DNA of 64,000 nt, taken from NCBI GenBank assembly GCA_951406725.2, contig OX597835.1:12090001-12154000 (forward strand), written 5' to 3'. Shown here piece after piece: positions 42,966-56,400 of this stretch. Origin of the DNA: Octopus vulgaris. Lineage: Eukaryota. Numbering within the stretch: the first letter of the stretch is position 1; each line of letters begins with the position of its first letter. The notes beneath the pieces are model-generated. The model had not been told where the DNA came from, did not search any database, and worked only from the letters and a program-made list of their open reading frames with translations. Position numbers and translations under genes: made by a program.

Positions 42966-43532
42966 CTTCGGCGGGAAAAACGTAATACACGTCTGGAGGA
43001 AGGAAAACGAGCGGGACGTGTCAAAAGACCAGAAAAGATATGTGGAAGAAAATTCAACACGTGGTCGCGAGTAAACATGATAACTGTCCTCCAACGTGAA
43101 AAAATATCAGGAGACAAGGACTAGGATAAAAGAAAATGCAAAAGAGAAGATATTCCACGTAGATATGCCTGACAAAAGAAAAGATATGCCACGTAGTGAA
43201 ATACTGAGTTCGCAACAGAGAGCTTTACGTGTGTCGAACACACAGACACAGTTGTCTAGCAGCTATCGAACACACGAACACATTTCGTCTCCGTCAGGAG
43301 AAAATTTCACGTGGAAAAAAAATGATATTAACAGGGAAAATTGGTTTCTCAAAGAAATATTTCTACCTATTTTCTCGTTATGTAGGGACCGTGTGATGCG
43401 GTACAAAAGAGACATGTTGCACAGCGAATTCCACACGTCGGTTGGTTTGAAGTTGGAGTCGACTCAGGTTTCTTCTCGTAAAACATCTTCACGCCATGGC
43501 ATACATATATACATACATACATGCATACAGGA

Positions 43533-44230
43533 TACTCTATAATGAAATCCGTCGGAAGGATAACCCCGGGGACAAAGAAATAAGAACCTACAATATGGTA
43601 GAAGCCATAGTCACTCATAATAAAAAGGAGTATTGACGGAATGTCCCAGTGAAGACCTCAATAAAATGTAAGCACAGTAGACCTGACATTATGATTTGGG
43701 GTTGAGAAGAGAATCTGTGCACAGTTGTGGAAATTAGCTGCCCAATGGATGCTAACATAAAGTTGAAGATCAGTAAAAAGCGAATATCTACGCTGAACTA
43801 TTGATAAATCTTCAATTACTCTATCCAGATTAAAAGTTCAGGTTTATACCTGTAATTATTGGAGCTCTGGGATATGTAACACACTGCCTAAATACCAATC
43901 TTGAGAAATTAAACTTCTCAAAACCAGACAGGAGAAAGCTGATTCGAAGACTATAGATCCAATCCATCACTGGAACTGTAAAAATCTGTAAAAATATCAT
44001 TTAAATGTATATAAGCATGTCTAGATATGCAACTATATGCATGAGAATGCATACATAAAACAAAACACACATTTGCACATACATTGACCTCATATATTGC
44101 ACACATACACACAAAAATGTAAAATGCCTCGCTGATGTTTAAAATTCCGATGAAGTAGCATTGGTTCTGTGTTAGAATCCGGCTATTTCTGTTTTGGCTT
44201 GAAATCTAGAAATTAAACTGAATAATAGCA
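43533..44230 (+). mobile_element. 5'-truncated R4/Dong-like non-LTR retrotransposon (restriction-like endonuclease plus 3' UTR)
   Basis: KHSRPDIMIW...CTVVEISCPMD...K..IYAEL...FIPVIIGALG: a PD-(D/E)xK REL domain with stops and one frameshift. Confidence 0.85.
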
Positions 44231-44289
44231 TAACATACATTTGATAGACTGATGTACAGACAGGCAGGCAGACAGTCAGTGAGACTGAC

Positions 44290-44401
<112 letters not shown>

Positions 44402-44408
44402 GATGATG

Positions 44409-44499
<91 letters not shown>

Positions 44500-45218
44500 T
44501 CGTACACACACAGCGAAAGCAGGAATACACACAGGCCCAAACCAGACGTAGTTAGTTCGTGTCTATGGCCGTGTGTCTGTGTGCGCATGTCTATGATTTT
44601 AATTAAAATCTTTTACAATTGTATTATTCTAATCAACTCAAAATTAAATTCTATTTTGGCTGACCATTTCCCCATACAATTTGTCGTGTGTACTTTTATT
44701 GATCTCTATCATTTGCTATTATTATCTCTATTAGAACTGTTTACTGTAGCTGAGTTTATAATTTTTTTTTACTATGTCTTCACATGCTGTTCAACTTGTC
44801 TTCGTCGTTGCATACATTGTGTTATATTTCGACATCCTATATACTGCGGTTCCCTTTTTAAGCTTGCCAAAACTATGACATAGTATTCAAACAAAGAAAA
44901 ATACTAAATTTGAATTTTTAATTTCTTCCTTTGCTTAGTCTAAATTTAACTTCTCTTCGTAATTTGTTGCTTTTGTGTACAGAATCATGGAATGGTAGCT
45001 TAAATCGTAAAAACATACATTATTAAATATCATATTTCCTTGAAATTTTAGTTTTTTTTATGTTATTCTATATTGTTCTATTGAATATCAACGACTTTAT
45101 TGTTGCATCTTCGGCAGACTTAATCATACTACACTTCGCTACCTTCAATTACTGATGAAATGCCATAGTGTTTCGAATATTTCTTATATAAATCATGTCT
45201 ATAATAACTTATTAAAAT

Positions 45219-45330
<112 letters not shown>

Positions 45331-46139
45331 TTAATTCGTCTTATGCCTATATTCGTGCTTTTAATTGTCTATAATTTTCTATTATGTCTTCCATTATATT
45401 TGACTTAGCCCGTACGTCTCCTTGATGTATAAATGTATCTATCAATATATCTATGCGTCTATCTATCTATCTATCAATTTATGTATTTATATGTGTATCT
45501 ATCTATCTACTATGTCCTGTGTATGACGCTAAACTGCATCCGCTAGAGGGGCCGTGGTTCGTGAGCTCCGCAGTTTTGAAGCACCACCCTTGTTCCCATG
45601 TCTACACCGATCTGGACTTGTAGCACTCATTACGGTCCCAGCTATGAGTCAACTAGCATGTGAACCATAGAAGTAAAGACCCATAGGTCTCATTAGAACA
45701 CCCTTCTACCCTTCTGGAAGGTAAACTCATCGACCCCAGTCCTCAACTGGTACTTATTTTATCGACCCCATGAGAACGAAAGTTAAAGCCGCTAAGCAAT
45801 TTGTCTGGCTTGCCGCCGATTCTGCCAGCTCGCCGTTTTAAATAGCATTTAATGATCTGTCCTGAGAACTGAAGTTGTAAACAGTGTTTATTATATTTAA
45901 TTGTAAAGAAGAACTTTCAGGTTTGTTTGGCAATAACTTTCATCTTGTATTTCTCAAGACTTTCATTTTGGTGTGCCGGAAGTATATTGGTTCGATCTCT
46001 CACGTTTGGGAAACCACAAACCTCAATGTATTAACTAATCGGTGTGTGGAAGGGGTTCTCCTGCTTAGATCTTGTTTGTTTTTGTTTTTTTTCATTTTTG
46101 CAATATTTCTGCTTTTATTCCCAAAACGCACAACCCAAG

Positions 46140-46760
46140 TAAAAGTCAAAGAACGTAAGATTTTAATGTAAAATGAGAGGAATCTCATTGTTAGGTCAAT
46201 ATTTATGACAAATGTATTCGTTTATTGTGTGGCGATATTGTAGCTGCATTGAGAAAAATAAGAACCAGTGTTCAATGCCATTTCCAGTGTAAATCGCATG
46301 TCTTTCTATAACAGCCATCCATTTAAATCAGCCGTAAAGCAGTAAAATAAGTCAACTAATATCAAGTCTATCTATCCAGCATCAGGTTTTCTTTTTCCTT
46401 TTTCCTTTTTCCTTTTATTTCTTCTTGTTTGCTAGAAGTGTAGTAAATTTTAAAAACGCCACTAATGCTTCTTTTGAAATTTCTCACTAACTCGCAAAAG
46501 TAGAAAAATAAACATTCTCTGGGATGGTGTGTTGTTGAAAGAACTATTTCTGAGCGTCTGTGGTAGTTTATTTAATGGATTTTCTAACAAACGTTAGAAT
46601 ATGTCAGCAAATACAAGACTTAGAATTATCAAGCTATGCCGTTACATGAAAATACATGTAATTCCAACTTCATGTAAATTCCATTAAAGACTGACTTTGT
46701 AATTAATATCTGATTGATTTTGCCCGACAATTTGATGAGTTTACAGATATATTGGACGCA
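46140..46760 (+). pseudogene. second degenerate hAT transposase fragment
   Basis: Shares blocks with 7020-7400 (tgccatttccagtgtaa; aatatcaagtctatctatccagcat; ttttctaacaaacgt; aagacttagaatt; ccattaaagactgactt). Confidence 0.75.
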
Positions 46761-47009
46761 CTTGAGAAGTTTTTTGTGCATCTAATATAATAAAATTGCG
46801 TCAATATATTACATGGCAAATACATGCCGACTCAACTAGATGCAAATTCCGTTAAAACAGTGACTTGATTATTAATATGGCTGCTTCTCACAACAATTTG
46901 ACGACGATAGAGATATATCAGACAATAGTGTATCAAAAACGGTGAAAACAAAACAGTACATGTCATGAGGAATTAATAGGCGTCGGGTTCAGTTGATCTG
47001 GTATAAGGT

Positions 47010-47386
47010 GCATTGGTGCGGCTCAATTTGCATGGTCGCTCATTTATTGCGCCGTGAGCTGGAGCAACGGAAAATGAAATGTTTTGTTCAAAAATACAAC
47101 AATCCGCTCCTGGAAACGAAACCATGACCATGCGATCGAAAAGGCAACGAATTAACAACTAGGTCACGCGCCTTTCGTAACAAGGATAAAGTAGCGAGTC
47201 AAACGCTTATGTGGGAACAAACACACGGAAAGCGATCTAGGGGTCGTCCTCCAACGGTCTTTACTGACCAACTTGTTAAAGACTCTGGTCTACTGAAGAG
47301 AGAACCTCCAAGACAAGTGCTAGACAGAGAATTCTGGAAACAAGTGGTTGATGGCGTTCGTCAGAGGACAGCGAGGTAGAGGTAGG
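47010..47386 (+). pseudogene. RTE-type LINE 3' end
   Basis: FRNKDKVASQTLMWEQTHGKRSRGRPPTVFTDQLVKDSGL...LDREFWKQVV...* followed by (GAGGTA)2. Confidence 0.8.
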
Positions 47387-47515
47387 TGCGGCCCTTTCAG
47401 TCTTGCTTTTGGACTCTGTTATGCTGAAAATTCTTTGATTCCGCCTCGTTGATAAGTAATTCTGAGGTTACAGATCGATCCCCTGTGTTTATCTAACACC
47501 TATTTGCATACTATT

Positions 47516-47561
<46 letters not shown>

Positions 47562-47808
47562 CAATAATAATAAAATGTGGTTTTTACATTTTTCCCTACT
47601 ATCTAACTCCGAAACGCGTCTACAGTTAATCAAAGTCGGGTGGATTCGTTACTTTTTTCTCTTTACCTGCGTGGGTTGTTGAGTATTTTTGTCTGGGAGA
47701 TTTTCTTATGTTAGAGAAATAGCTAGTTTTAACTGCTATTTCTAAATTTCGATATGTGATGAAGCAAATGTTTGCTGAACTCTAATTATAATTATACTCA
47801 TAATTATA

Positions 47809-47867
<59 letters not shown>

Positions 47868-48399
47868 TGTTATTTTTTTTTTTTTTCGCGTGATGCAGCT
47901 CTGCCAAGGCTCGTCTTTAAATCCATTATTCCTATACAAAATTCCGTGAAATCCATGAATCGACACAATTCTTACAATTCTTTTCAAACAAAATAAAATT
48001 AAATTAAAATCTGATATAACATTTTTATGATAGTTCTATCTACACTTTTCCATGGTTCTATCTATTTTTACGACCGTAGTATTAGATTAGTTATCCAAAT
48101 AAAACTTTAGGGCGTCTTTGAATATCACGATGCTAAATTTTATGTCACCAAACCTCTGTTTACTTTCCATCTATCACTTCTTTTCTTGTGTATTTGTTGC
48201 CCTTGTATAACCACCCCACCCTCCTTGCGCAAGTAGTAGCATTTTGGATATTTAGTATATACTGAAGTAAATAACTATCTGACTTATTTATTTAGCCTAC
48301 GCGGTTTACTGATTTAGCGTCGTAAATCGCTATAATCTTATCTATAATCTTATTTATTGCACTGAAGTCGGCTCGTGATATTTGTTCGCCACGTTCGTT

Positions 48400-49200
48400 G
48401 TACTCTTTTCTAAAGTTCTGCTTTATTTCTCTGTGATGTATCATATGATTCGTTTACACGTTTTAATTAATTTATAGGAGTTTTGTTAGATTTATCTAAT
48501 CACAAATCAATTAATATCACTGCTGAGTCCATGCACAGTTCCAAATAGGTTTCCTTCCTTACTTGTACCGCTTTTCTATCTATCAATGAACGCTCGGTTT
48601 ACTAACATACAATGTTTTACATCCGTACACACTTCCAGACAACATTTCAGATTCCCTGCTAAGATATTATTATCTTCCACATGAACAACATATCTAAGAT
48701 AATACATGTCAGCGTTTACATAGCATTGCTAAACGTATCGGTCGTCTGCAGATTCAAGAGTCTCTGGTGAGTGTTTTTATTCTTTTAATTAATACCTATT
48801 TCCCTTATAGTAAACGATCAGGTAGTGATTCGGGTGTCTTTAATAATCGTATTGATTCTAATCTGTTTCATAATACTTTCTTCACCTTCTTCATGTTATT
48901 ATAATTTTAATTAAGATTTTTCAGTTCTATTGTTATTTTTCAGTAGTCGGCATACATTGCGTGCTTTTACTGTAAAACCGAGAGCATCCCTGTGCGCCAT
49001 TGTTATGTGCAGAGATTTGATATGACGTTGTGATTCCAATTCAAAATACATTACGCAATATCTGTAGAACTAGGTAATACAGTTCTCTGGAATTGGTAAG
49101 GTATTGTTCAGTCTGCAGAACTTCCTAGAATTATTTTCCTTATGCTGTGCATCTATAATTGGTGAATGTATTGGTCTGCATCATTTTTAAGCCGCCTTCG
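48400..49200 (-). pseudogene. very old RTE-like RT remnant
   Basis: Scattered motifs in order: LESADD (cf. YADD) near 48765 and VYGCKT (cf. LYGCETW) near 48620. Confidence 0.4.
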
Positions 49201-49390
49201 ATTTACTGTGATCTTATTTTCCTTACTCTGGTTATCTTTATTTCGGATACCTTTATATTCAGTTATATAAATATTTCTTTTGAGAGGTGCATTATCATCT
49301 GCTGAGATTGATATTTCGATGAAGGCACTTTATAGTTGGTATCCTTGTAATCAATACACACACAAACACACACAGATATATATATATGTG

Positions 49391-49452
<62 letters not shown>

Positions 49453-49473
49453 ATATATTTATATATGCATATA

Positions 49474-49538
<65 letters not shown>

Positions 49539-49548
49539 TATATAAATA

Positions 49549-49587
49549 TAAATTTGCCGTTGATATTACTATACATATGTACTATCG

Positions 49588-49639
<52 letters not shown>

Positions 49640-49678
49640 CGATAGTACATATGTATAGTAATATCAACGGCAAATTTA
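49549..49678. repeat. perfect 130-bp palindrome centred on (AT)n
   Basis: taaatttgccgttgatattactatacatatgtactatcgctctc-(AT)n-gagagcgatagtacatatgtatagtaatatcaacggcaaattta. Confidence 0.95.
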
Positions 49679-49985
49679 GCTGTTTCTCCATAGATTTTAA
49701 AATATTGTGATGAGCAACCTTAATCGATTTCTGAAACATTATTGAGTTTCTCATCAGAGGTGCTTGCATCAATCTGACCAATCGCATTAAAGCAAGCAGC
49801 CAACCTGTTTATATGCTCAGCAATTCCAGTAGCTACCGGGAAATGGAACTACTAAAACTACTAATTTAAAAATTAGTAGCTCCAGTTTGCTCAGTATGTG
49901 TTTATGTGTGCATGTAAATATATTTATATGTGTGTGTGTGTAGATTCTGCCCTAGCGCTGCTTTAACAATAATAATAATCCTTTA

Positions 49986-50150
49986 AGGCGCAGGAGTGGC
50001 TGTGTGGTAGGTAGCTTGCTAACCAACCACATGGTTCCGGGTTCAGTCCCACTGCGTGGCACCTTGGCCAAGTGTCTTCTACTATAGCCTCGGGCCGACC
50101 AAAGCCTTGTGAGTGGATTTGGTAGACGGAAACTGAAAGAAGCCCGTCGT

Positions 50151-50203
<53 letters not shown>

Positions 50204-50429
50204 TGTGTGTTTGTGTGTCTGTGTTTGTCCCCCTAGCATTGCTTGACAACCGATGCTGGTGTGTTTATGTCCCCGTTACCTAGCGGTTCGGCGAAAGGAG
50301 ACCGATAGAATAAGTACTGGGCTTACAAAAGAATAAGTCCCTGGGTCGAGTTGCTCGATTAAAGGCGGTGCTCCAGCATGGCCGCAGTCAAATGACCGAA
50401 ACAAGTAAAAGAGTAAAAGAGTAAAGAGT
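49986..50429 (+). mobile_element. SINE family A, full length, inserted in the tail of a minus-strand SINE-B
   Basis: Complete copy; SINE-B remnants continue at 50431-50590 and 50613-50790 (-). Confidence 0.92.
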
Positions 50430-51545
50430 ATAACAGGCACAAGGCCTGAAATTTTAAGGTGAGGGCTAGTCTATTTCACCGACCCCAGTACTTCGCTGGT
50501 ATTTTATTTTATCAGTCCCTAAATGATGAAAGGAGAAGTCAACCTTAAAACATTATATTCTACCACGAAGGATGGATTCTGCCGCCTTAAGAGTGTTTTT
50601 TCTTTCTTTTTTCTAGTTTAGGCACAAGGCCTGAAATTCGTTGGGAAGGGGGTCAGTCGATTACACCGAACCTAATGCTCGATTCGTAATTTCTTTTAAT
50701 GACACCGAAAGGAGGAAAGGCAAAGGTGACGTCGGCAGGATTTGATCTTGCAACGTAGAGTTTCTAGCTAAATACTGCAAAGTAGTTTTGTCGTCGTTAT
50801 ATTTTTGAGTCCGAATAACTGAAACATGATATGTGGTGCCTAATGCGTTGAACTGATTCCCATCAAACAGCTGAAATTTATCTCTGTCAAATCTTATAGA
50901 TCTTATATTTATCTTCGATTTTTGTAGATGTCCAGGTACTTCATATAAACATGTTTTGTTTAGGATGCTGTATTAATGCTGGCTACGTTCCTGGCATGAA
51001 CGCATTATCATATCGTTGTAACTAGATAAGCATACAATATTGCTTAGTGTCATAAAAATGTCTCCTGCCTACAGATAAGTAAATAGAGAAATAATATACT
51101 GAACATATGATACAGTATATTTTTAGGAGTAAAAGGTCGAAGAAAATATTAAGCGTATTGGCCGTGGACACAAAGTGTTGTCGGAAGACAAACCTCAATG
51201 CTTTTGACCGTAGTTGGCTCGCAGCCAAATAATTTTGTAACTGAGAATGTATTGTCGTAGCCTTTTCAATGACCAACATATTTTAAATTACCGTTGACAC
51301 TGGAATCTTGAAGAGGAACGTCAAAGGCACCTCGTAGAATTAAGACTGAAATGATTAGCGATCACACAGTGGCATTCTAACAAAAAAAGATATTTCTCGT
51401 AGGTGCTTAATTTCCGACTTCTTCGGATAGGTTTTCATCTCTTTTTTCCCTATTTCTTTCCATTACACACACACTTATATATATGTATGTGTGTATAAAT
51501 ATATATATATATGTATGTATGTATGTGTGTGTATGTATGTATGTA

Positions 51546-51849
<304 letters not shown>

Positions 51850-52344
51850 GCGTATATGGTATCCGCGTGCGTGTGTATTCTTCTTTGATTATTTTAGTTT
51901 TTGCTTCGCGGGGAGATGAAGGGGAAACTATATTTTGTTGTTGTTGTTGTTGAAAGAAAACGCTTTGTTGTTGTCAGTTCAAAACTAATATTTGTTTTGG
52001 AATCAGATTTTGAAACGCAAATTATTCTCAGTAAATCGAATAACTCTGTTGAATTTTGTGCCAAATATTGATTACCATATAATCATATGTAATATTGGTA
52101 GGCTACAAATATCTGCATCTTATCATACGATTTCCTGATGGGATCTCGTTTTATATTCTTCCTCGTGGTGGCGAGGGTGAGGGATAATCGCTATTAAAGA
52201 TTAAAAGAAACAAAAAATGATTGGATATAAAAACATTATTATTAACTTTCGTGTTTTTCTGATTTTTTTTATTCTATTTCCATTCTTTTCTTTTCTTATT
52301 CTCGTCTTTCAATATTTTTTGACTTATTTTTTATCTACCTTGCC

Positions 52345-52700
52345 AGTTTATTCATCGTCTTTCTCATCACAGTTATCATCACCATCACCACCCTCATCAC
52401 CGCTACCACCACTACCACCACCTTCATCGTCATCATCACCACGATCACCACCATTATCATCATCGCCTCCATTATAATCACCAGCTTCATCAGCAGCAGC
52501 AGCATCATCGTTGTCGTCATCATCATTGCCATCACCATCATCACCATCATCAACAACAACGATACCATCTTCCTCATCATCATCATCAACAACAACGATA
52601 CCATCTTCCTCATCATCATCAGCAGCAGCAGCATCTTCATTGGCAACAACAACAACAACAACAACAACAATGACATCATCCTCATCATCATCGTTCATCA
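52345..52700. repeat. cryptic (ATC/ACC/AAC)n trinucleotide tract
   Basis: Direct reading; catcaacaacaacgataccatcttcctcatcatc is duplicated internally. Confidence 0.9.
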
Positions 52701-52894
52701 AAATGTCATGTTTACTCGAAAAATCGACCCCAGAACTTATTCTTTGTAAGCCTAATACTTATTCTATCGGTCTCTTTGTCAAACCGCTAAGTTACGTGGA
52801 CGTAAACATTCGAATATTGGTTGCCAAACGATGATGAGCCGACAAATACAGGCACACAAACATACATACATACATACATACATACATACATACA

Positions 52895-52928
<34 letters not shown>

Positions 52929-52934
52929 CATACA

Positions 52935-52965
<31 letters not shown>

Positions 52966-53028
52966 GTTTGTATATATATACACACACATATATACATATA
53001 TACAGATATATATGTATGTGTGTATATA

Positions 53029-54631
53029 CAGTATTTCACAGAAGTATGCACATCCCTAAAAATGTTCAGTAAAATTGCCATTATTCTGATAATATCGCAG
53101 AAAATCAAACGAAATTTATATTGAATAAAATATATTACACAAGCAAACATTATACAAATTTGGAACACAAAACAATAAACATTTTCAAAGATATGAACGA
53201 AATATTAATTTTCAAATTCTACAAAAAAATATGTACACAGCAAAGGATTATTTGCTATATTCAATATCTGGTGCGACTGTCCTTGCTTTTAAAGTGTTCC
53301 GAGCATTGAGTCGACTAAATTTCTCCATATAACCGATGAAATCGACTTCCATTCATCCTGAATGACGTCTTTCAGCTATGTTACATTGCGGGTATTTTAC
53401 CCCCTCAACCTTCCTTTTCAAAACACTCCACGGCTGTTCTATCGGGTTTAAATCAGGTGACGTGCTAGGCCAGGGTAATATCTTTACCTTTTTATATGAT
53501 AAAAATTTAGTCGTCATCTTTGAAGTGCGTTTAGAGTCAATATCCTGTTGGAACATAGAATGTCTTCCGAGTTCCTTGATGCTTTTCAACATTGTTTTCT
53601 GCAACATGTTACAGTAATGCCTTGAATCCATTTTTCTTTCAATAAATATGAGTCCTCCAGCACCAGCCGCACTCATGCAACCCCCAAATAATAACCCTTC
53701 CGCCGCCGTGTTTCACAGTAGGCACGGTGCATTTGTTGCTAGTTTCTTCACCTGGTCGTCGCCATACTCGTTTCATACCATCTGACCAAAACAAGTTGAT
53801 TTTAGTCTCGTCAGAAAAAAGAATTCTATTCCAAAATTCCTTCTCCTTACATAGGTTTCGGCAAAAGAAAGACGACTTGATTTATGTTTGGTAGAGTGGA
53901 GATGTTTCCTACGAGGAATGCGTCAATGAAGACCACGCTGGTTCAAACTTTGAACAGATACACTCTTTCCACTAACAGAAGACATTTCTTGGGCCAAAGA
54001 CGAAGCGGTACGACGCCTGTCGCCCATCAGGCGACGTTGGATGTGGCGAATATCACGTGCAGAAGGACAAGCTGGACGATGTTTATTGCTTGGCCGTCCA
54101 GTTGCTTTCTACTTCTGAATTACTTTTGGCAACTGTGTTTGCGCTCATATGTATTCGTTTGCTAAATTATCTAGTATTCTAAACCATTCTTGTGCAAATT
54201 AAAAATAATTTTCTTCAAATCTTCAGACAATTCTTTTCCTTTTGGTACCATTTACATCACAATGAAGAAGACTTTCACCACGGTACACAAATCAGAATTC
54301 CTGCAGATGCAATAACAATGACCGGTACAAAAATGCCAGGAGAAATAAATTATTAGAATTGAAATTCTAGATCTGAATTTAGTAAAAACGTGGATAAAAT
54401 ATTGAATATAGCAAATTTCCTTTAGGGTGTACATATTTTTGTATCGTTTGAAAGTTAATATTTCGTTCATATCTTTGAAAATGTTTGCATTGTGTTCCAA
54501 ATTTGTATAATGTTTGCATGTATAATATATTTTATTCAGTAAAAATTTCGTTTGATTTCCTTCGATATTATCAGAGTAATGGCAATTTTACTGAAATTTT
54601 TTAGGGTTGTACATACTTCTGTGAGATACTG
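53029..54631 (-). mobile_element. full-length Tc1-like transposon (IR/DR type), inactive
   Basis: ~235-bp TIRs (53029-53267 and 54399-54631) starting CAGTA, TA flank on the left and TG on the right, inner and outer direct repeats aa(g/a)tatgtaca; 1.6 kb. Confidence 0.93.
53261..54251 (-). pseudogene. Tc1 DD34E transposase pseudogene
   Basis: MVPKGKELSEDLK...WNRILFSDETKINLF...VPTVKHGGG...FQQD-34aa-E (WPSTSPDLNPIE)...TRY*; contains stops and frameshifts. Confidence 0.93.
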
Positions 54632-54633
54632 TG

Positions 54634-54692
<59 letters not shown>

Positions 54693-54726
54693 GTGTGTGT
54701 GTGTGCGTGTGTGTGTGCGTGTTTGT

Positions 54727-55245
54727 AGGCGCAAGCGTGGCTGTGTGGTAAGGAGCTTGCTTCCCAACATGGTTCTGGGTTCAATCCCACTGCGTGGCAT
54801 CTTGGGCAAGTGTCTTCTGCTATAGCCTTCGGCCGCCCAATATATATATAATTATGTATATGCTTCTTTCTTTGCCCCCTCCCCAAGATCACTTGACAAC
54901 CGATGCTGATGTGTTTACGTCCCCGTAATCTAGCGGTTCGGCAAGTGAGACTGATAGAATAAGTACTAGGCTTACAAAGAATAAGTCTAGGGGTCAATGT
55001 GAGGCTATAGAAAGTGACAGTGAGATCGACCCCGTGTAGGTGTACGAGGGAAGCGAACTTCTTAACGGTTCAGCCATACAACGCTAAAAAAATTGATAGG
55101 AACAAAATACTAGGAAGAGAAAAGTCCTTATGTGTAACAGTCAATTCCAAACGGAAGTTATTAATTAATATCATTAGTCATTTTCAAGTCGGTGCCCCAG
55201 CATGGCCACAGTCTAATGACTGAAAGAAGTAAAAGATAAAAGATA
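54727..55245 (+). mobile_element. older SINE family A copy, rearranged
   Basis: Head at 54727, 3' module to about 54997, tail at 55189-55245. Confidence 0.75.
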
Positions 55246-55247
55246 TG

Positions 55248-55430
55248 AAGGCAGCGATCTGGCCGAACCGGTAGCACGCCGGGTAAAATCTTTATCTGCC
55301 TGTCATTACGTTCTGAGTTCAAATTTATCCGCGGTCGACTTTGCTTTTTATCCTTTCGGGGGTCGATATAACAGACTTAAAGCCGCCCTCGAAATTGCTG
55401 GCCTAGTGCCAAAACTGGAAACCGATATTA
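55248..55430 (+). mobile_element. old SINE family B monomer
   Basis: Degenerate head, B box, body and tail Z. Confidence 0.78.
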
Positions 55431-55448
55431 GCATAATTATATGGAGAT

Positions 55449-56400
55449 AGTGAGCTTGCAGAACGGTTAGCACGCCGGGCAAAATGATTAGCGGCATTTC
55501 GTCTGCCGCTACGTTCTCAGTTCAAATTCCGCCGAGGTCGACTTTGCCTTTCATCCTTTCGGAGTCGATTAAATAAGTACCAGTTACGCACTGGGGTCGA
55601 TATAATCGACTTAATCCGTTTGTCTATCCTTGTTTGTCCTTTCTGTGTTTAGCCCCTTGTGGGTAGTAAAGAAATAGAAATAGGTATTTCGTCTGCCGCT
55701 ACGTTCTCAGTTCAAATTCCGCCGAGGTCGACTTTGCCTTTCATCCTTTCGGGGTCGATTAAATAAGTACCAGTTACGCACTGGGGTCGATATAATCGAC
55801 TTAGTCCGTTTGTCTCTCCTTGTTTGTCTTCTCTGTGTTTAGCGCCTTGTGGGTAGTAAAGAAATAGAAATAGGTATTTCGTCTGCCGCTACGTTCTCAG
55901 TTCAAATTCGACCGAGGTCGACTTTGCCTTTCATCCTTTCGGGGTCGATTAAATAAGTACCAGTTACGCACTGGGGTCGATATAATCGACTTAGTCCGTT
56001 TGTCTCTCCTTGTTTGTCTTCTCTGTGTTTAGCCCCTTGTGGGTAGTAAAGAAATAGAAATAGGTATTTCGTCTGCCGCTACGTTCTGAGTTCAAATTCT
56101 GCCGAGGTCGACTTTGCCTTTCATCCTTTCGGGGTCGATTAAATAAGTAGCAGTTACGCACTGGGGTCGATATAATCGACTTAATCCGTTTGTCTGTCCT
56201 TCTTTGTCCTCTCTGTGTTTAGCCCCTTGTGGGTAGTAAAGAAATAGGTATTTCGTCTGTCTTCACGTTCTGAATTCCAATTCCACCGCGGTCGACCATG
56301 CCTTTCACCTTTCAGGGTCGATAAAAGAATTTCTAGTGGTGCACTAGTTCCCCCATCATTCGAAAATGCCGGCATTGGGCCATGATTTGAAACCGGTATT
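55449..56400 (+). mobile_element. old SINE-B host containing 4 young tail-X units
   Basis: Units start at 55493, 55683, 55873 and 56063 (period 190, 190, 190, 184); the divergent host body resumes at 56247. Confidence 0.92.

Noticed and set aside
43096-43542. 148-aa plus-strand ORF
   Set aside because: It is antisense to the presumed Gypsy leader/LTR, has no recognisable domain and runs into a microsatellite.
52348-52701. Asp-rich ORF as a biomineralisation-type protein
   Set aside because: It is a cryptic trinucleotide repeat open in several frames, with no signal peptide or splice support.
55493-56246. 185-bp tandem unit as a hammerhead retrozyme or CRISPR-like array
   Set aside because: No CUGANGA...GAAA core on either strand and no unique spacers. 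The units carry a Pol III B box and are SINE-derived. Other ribozyme classes were not excluded.
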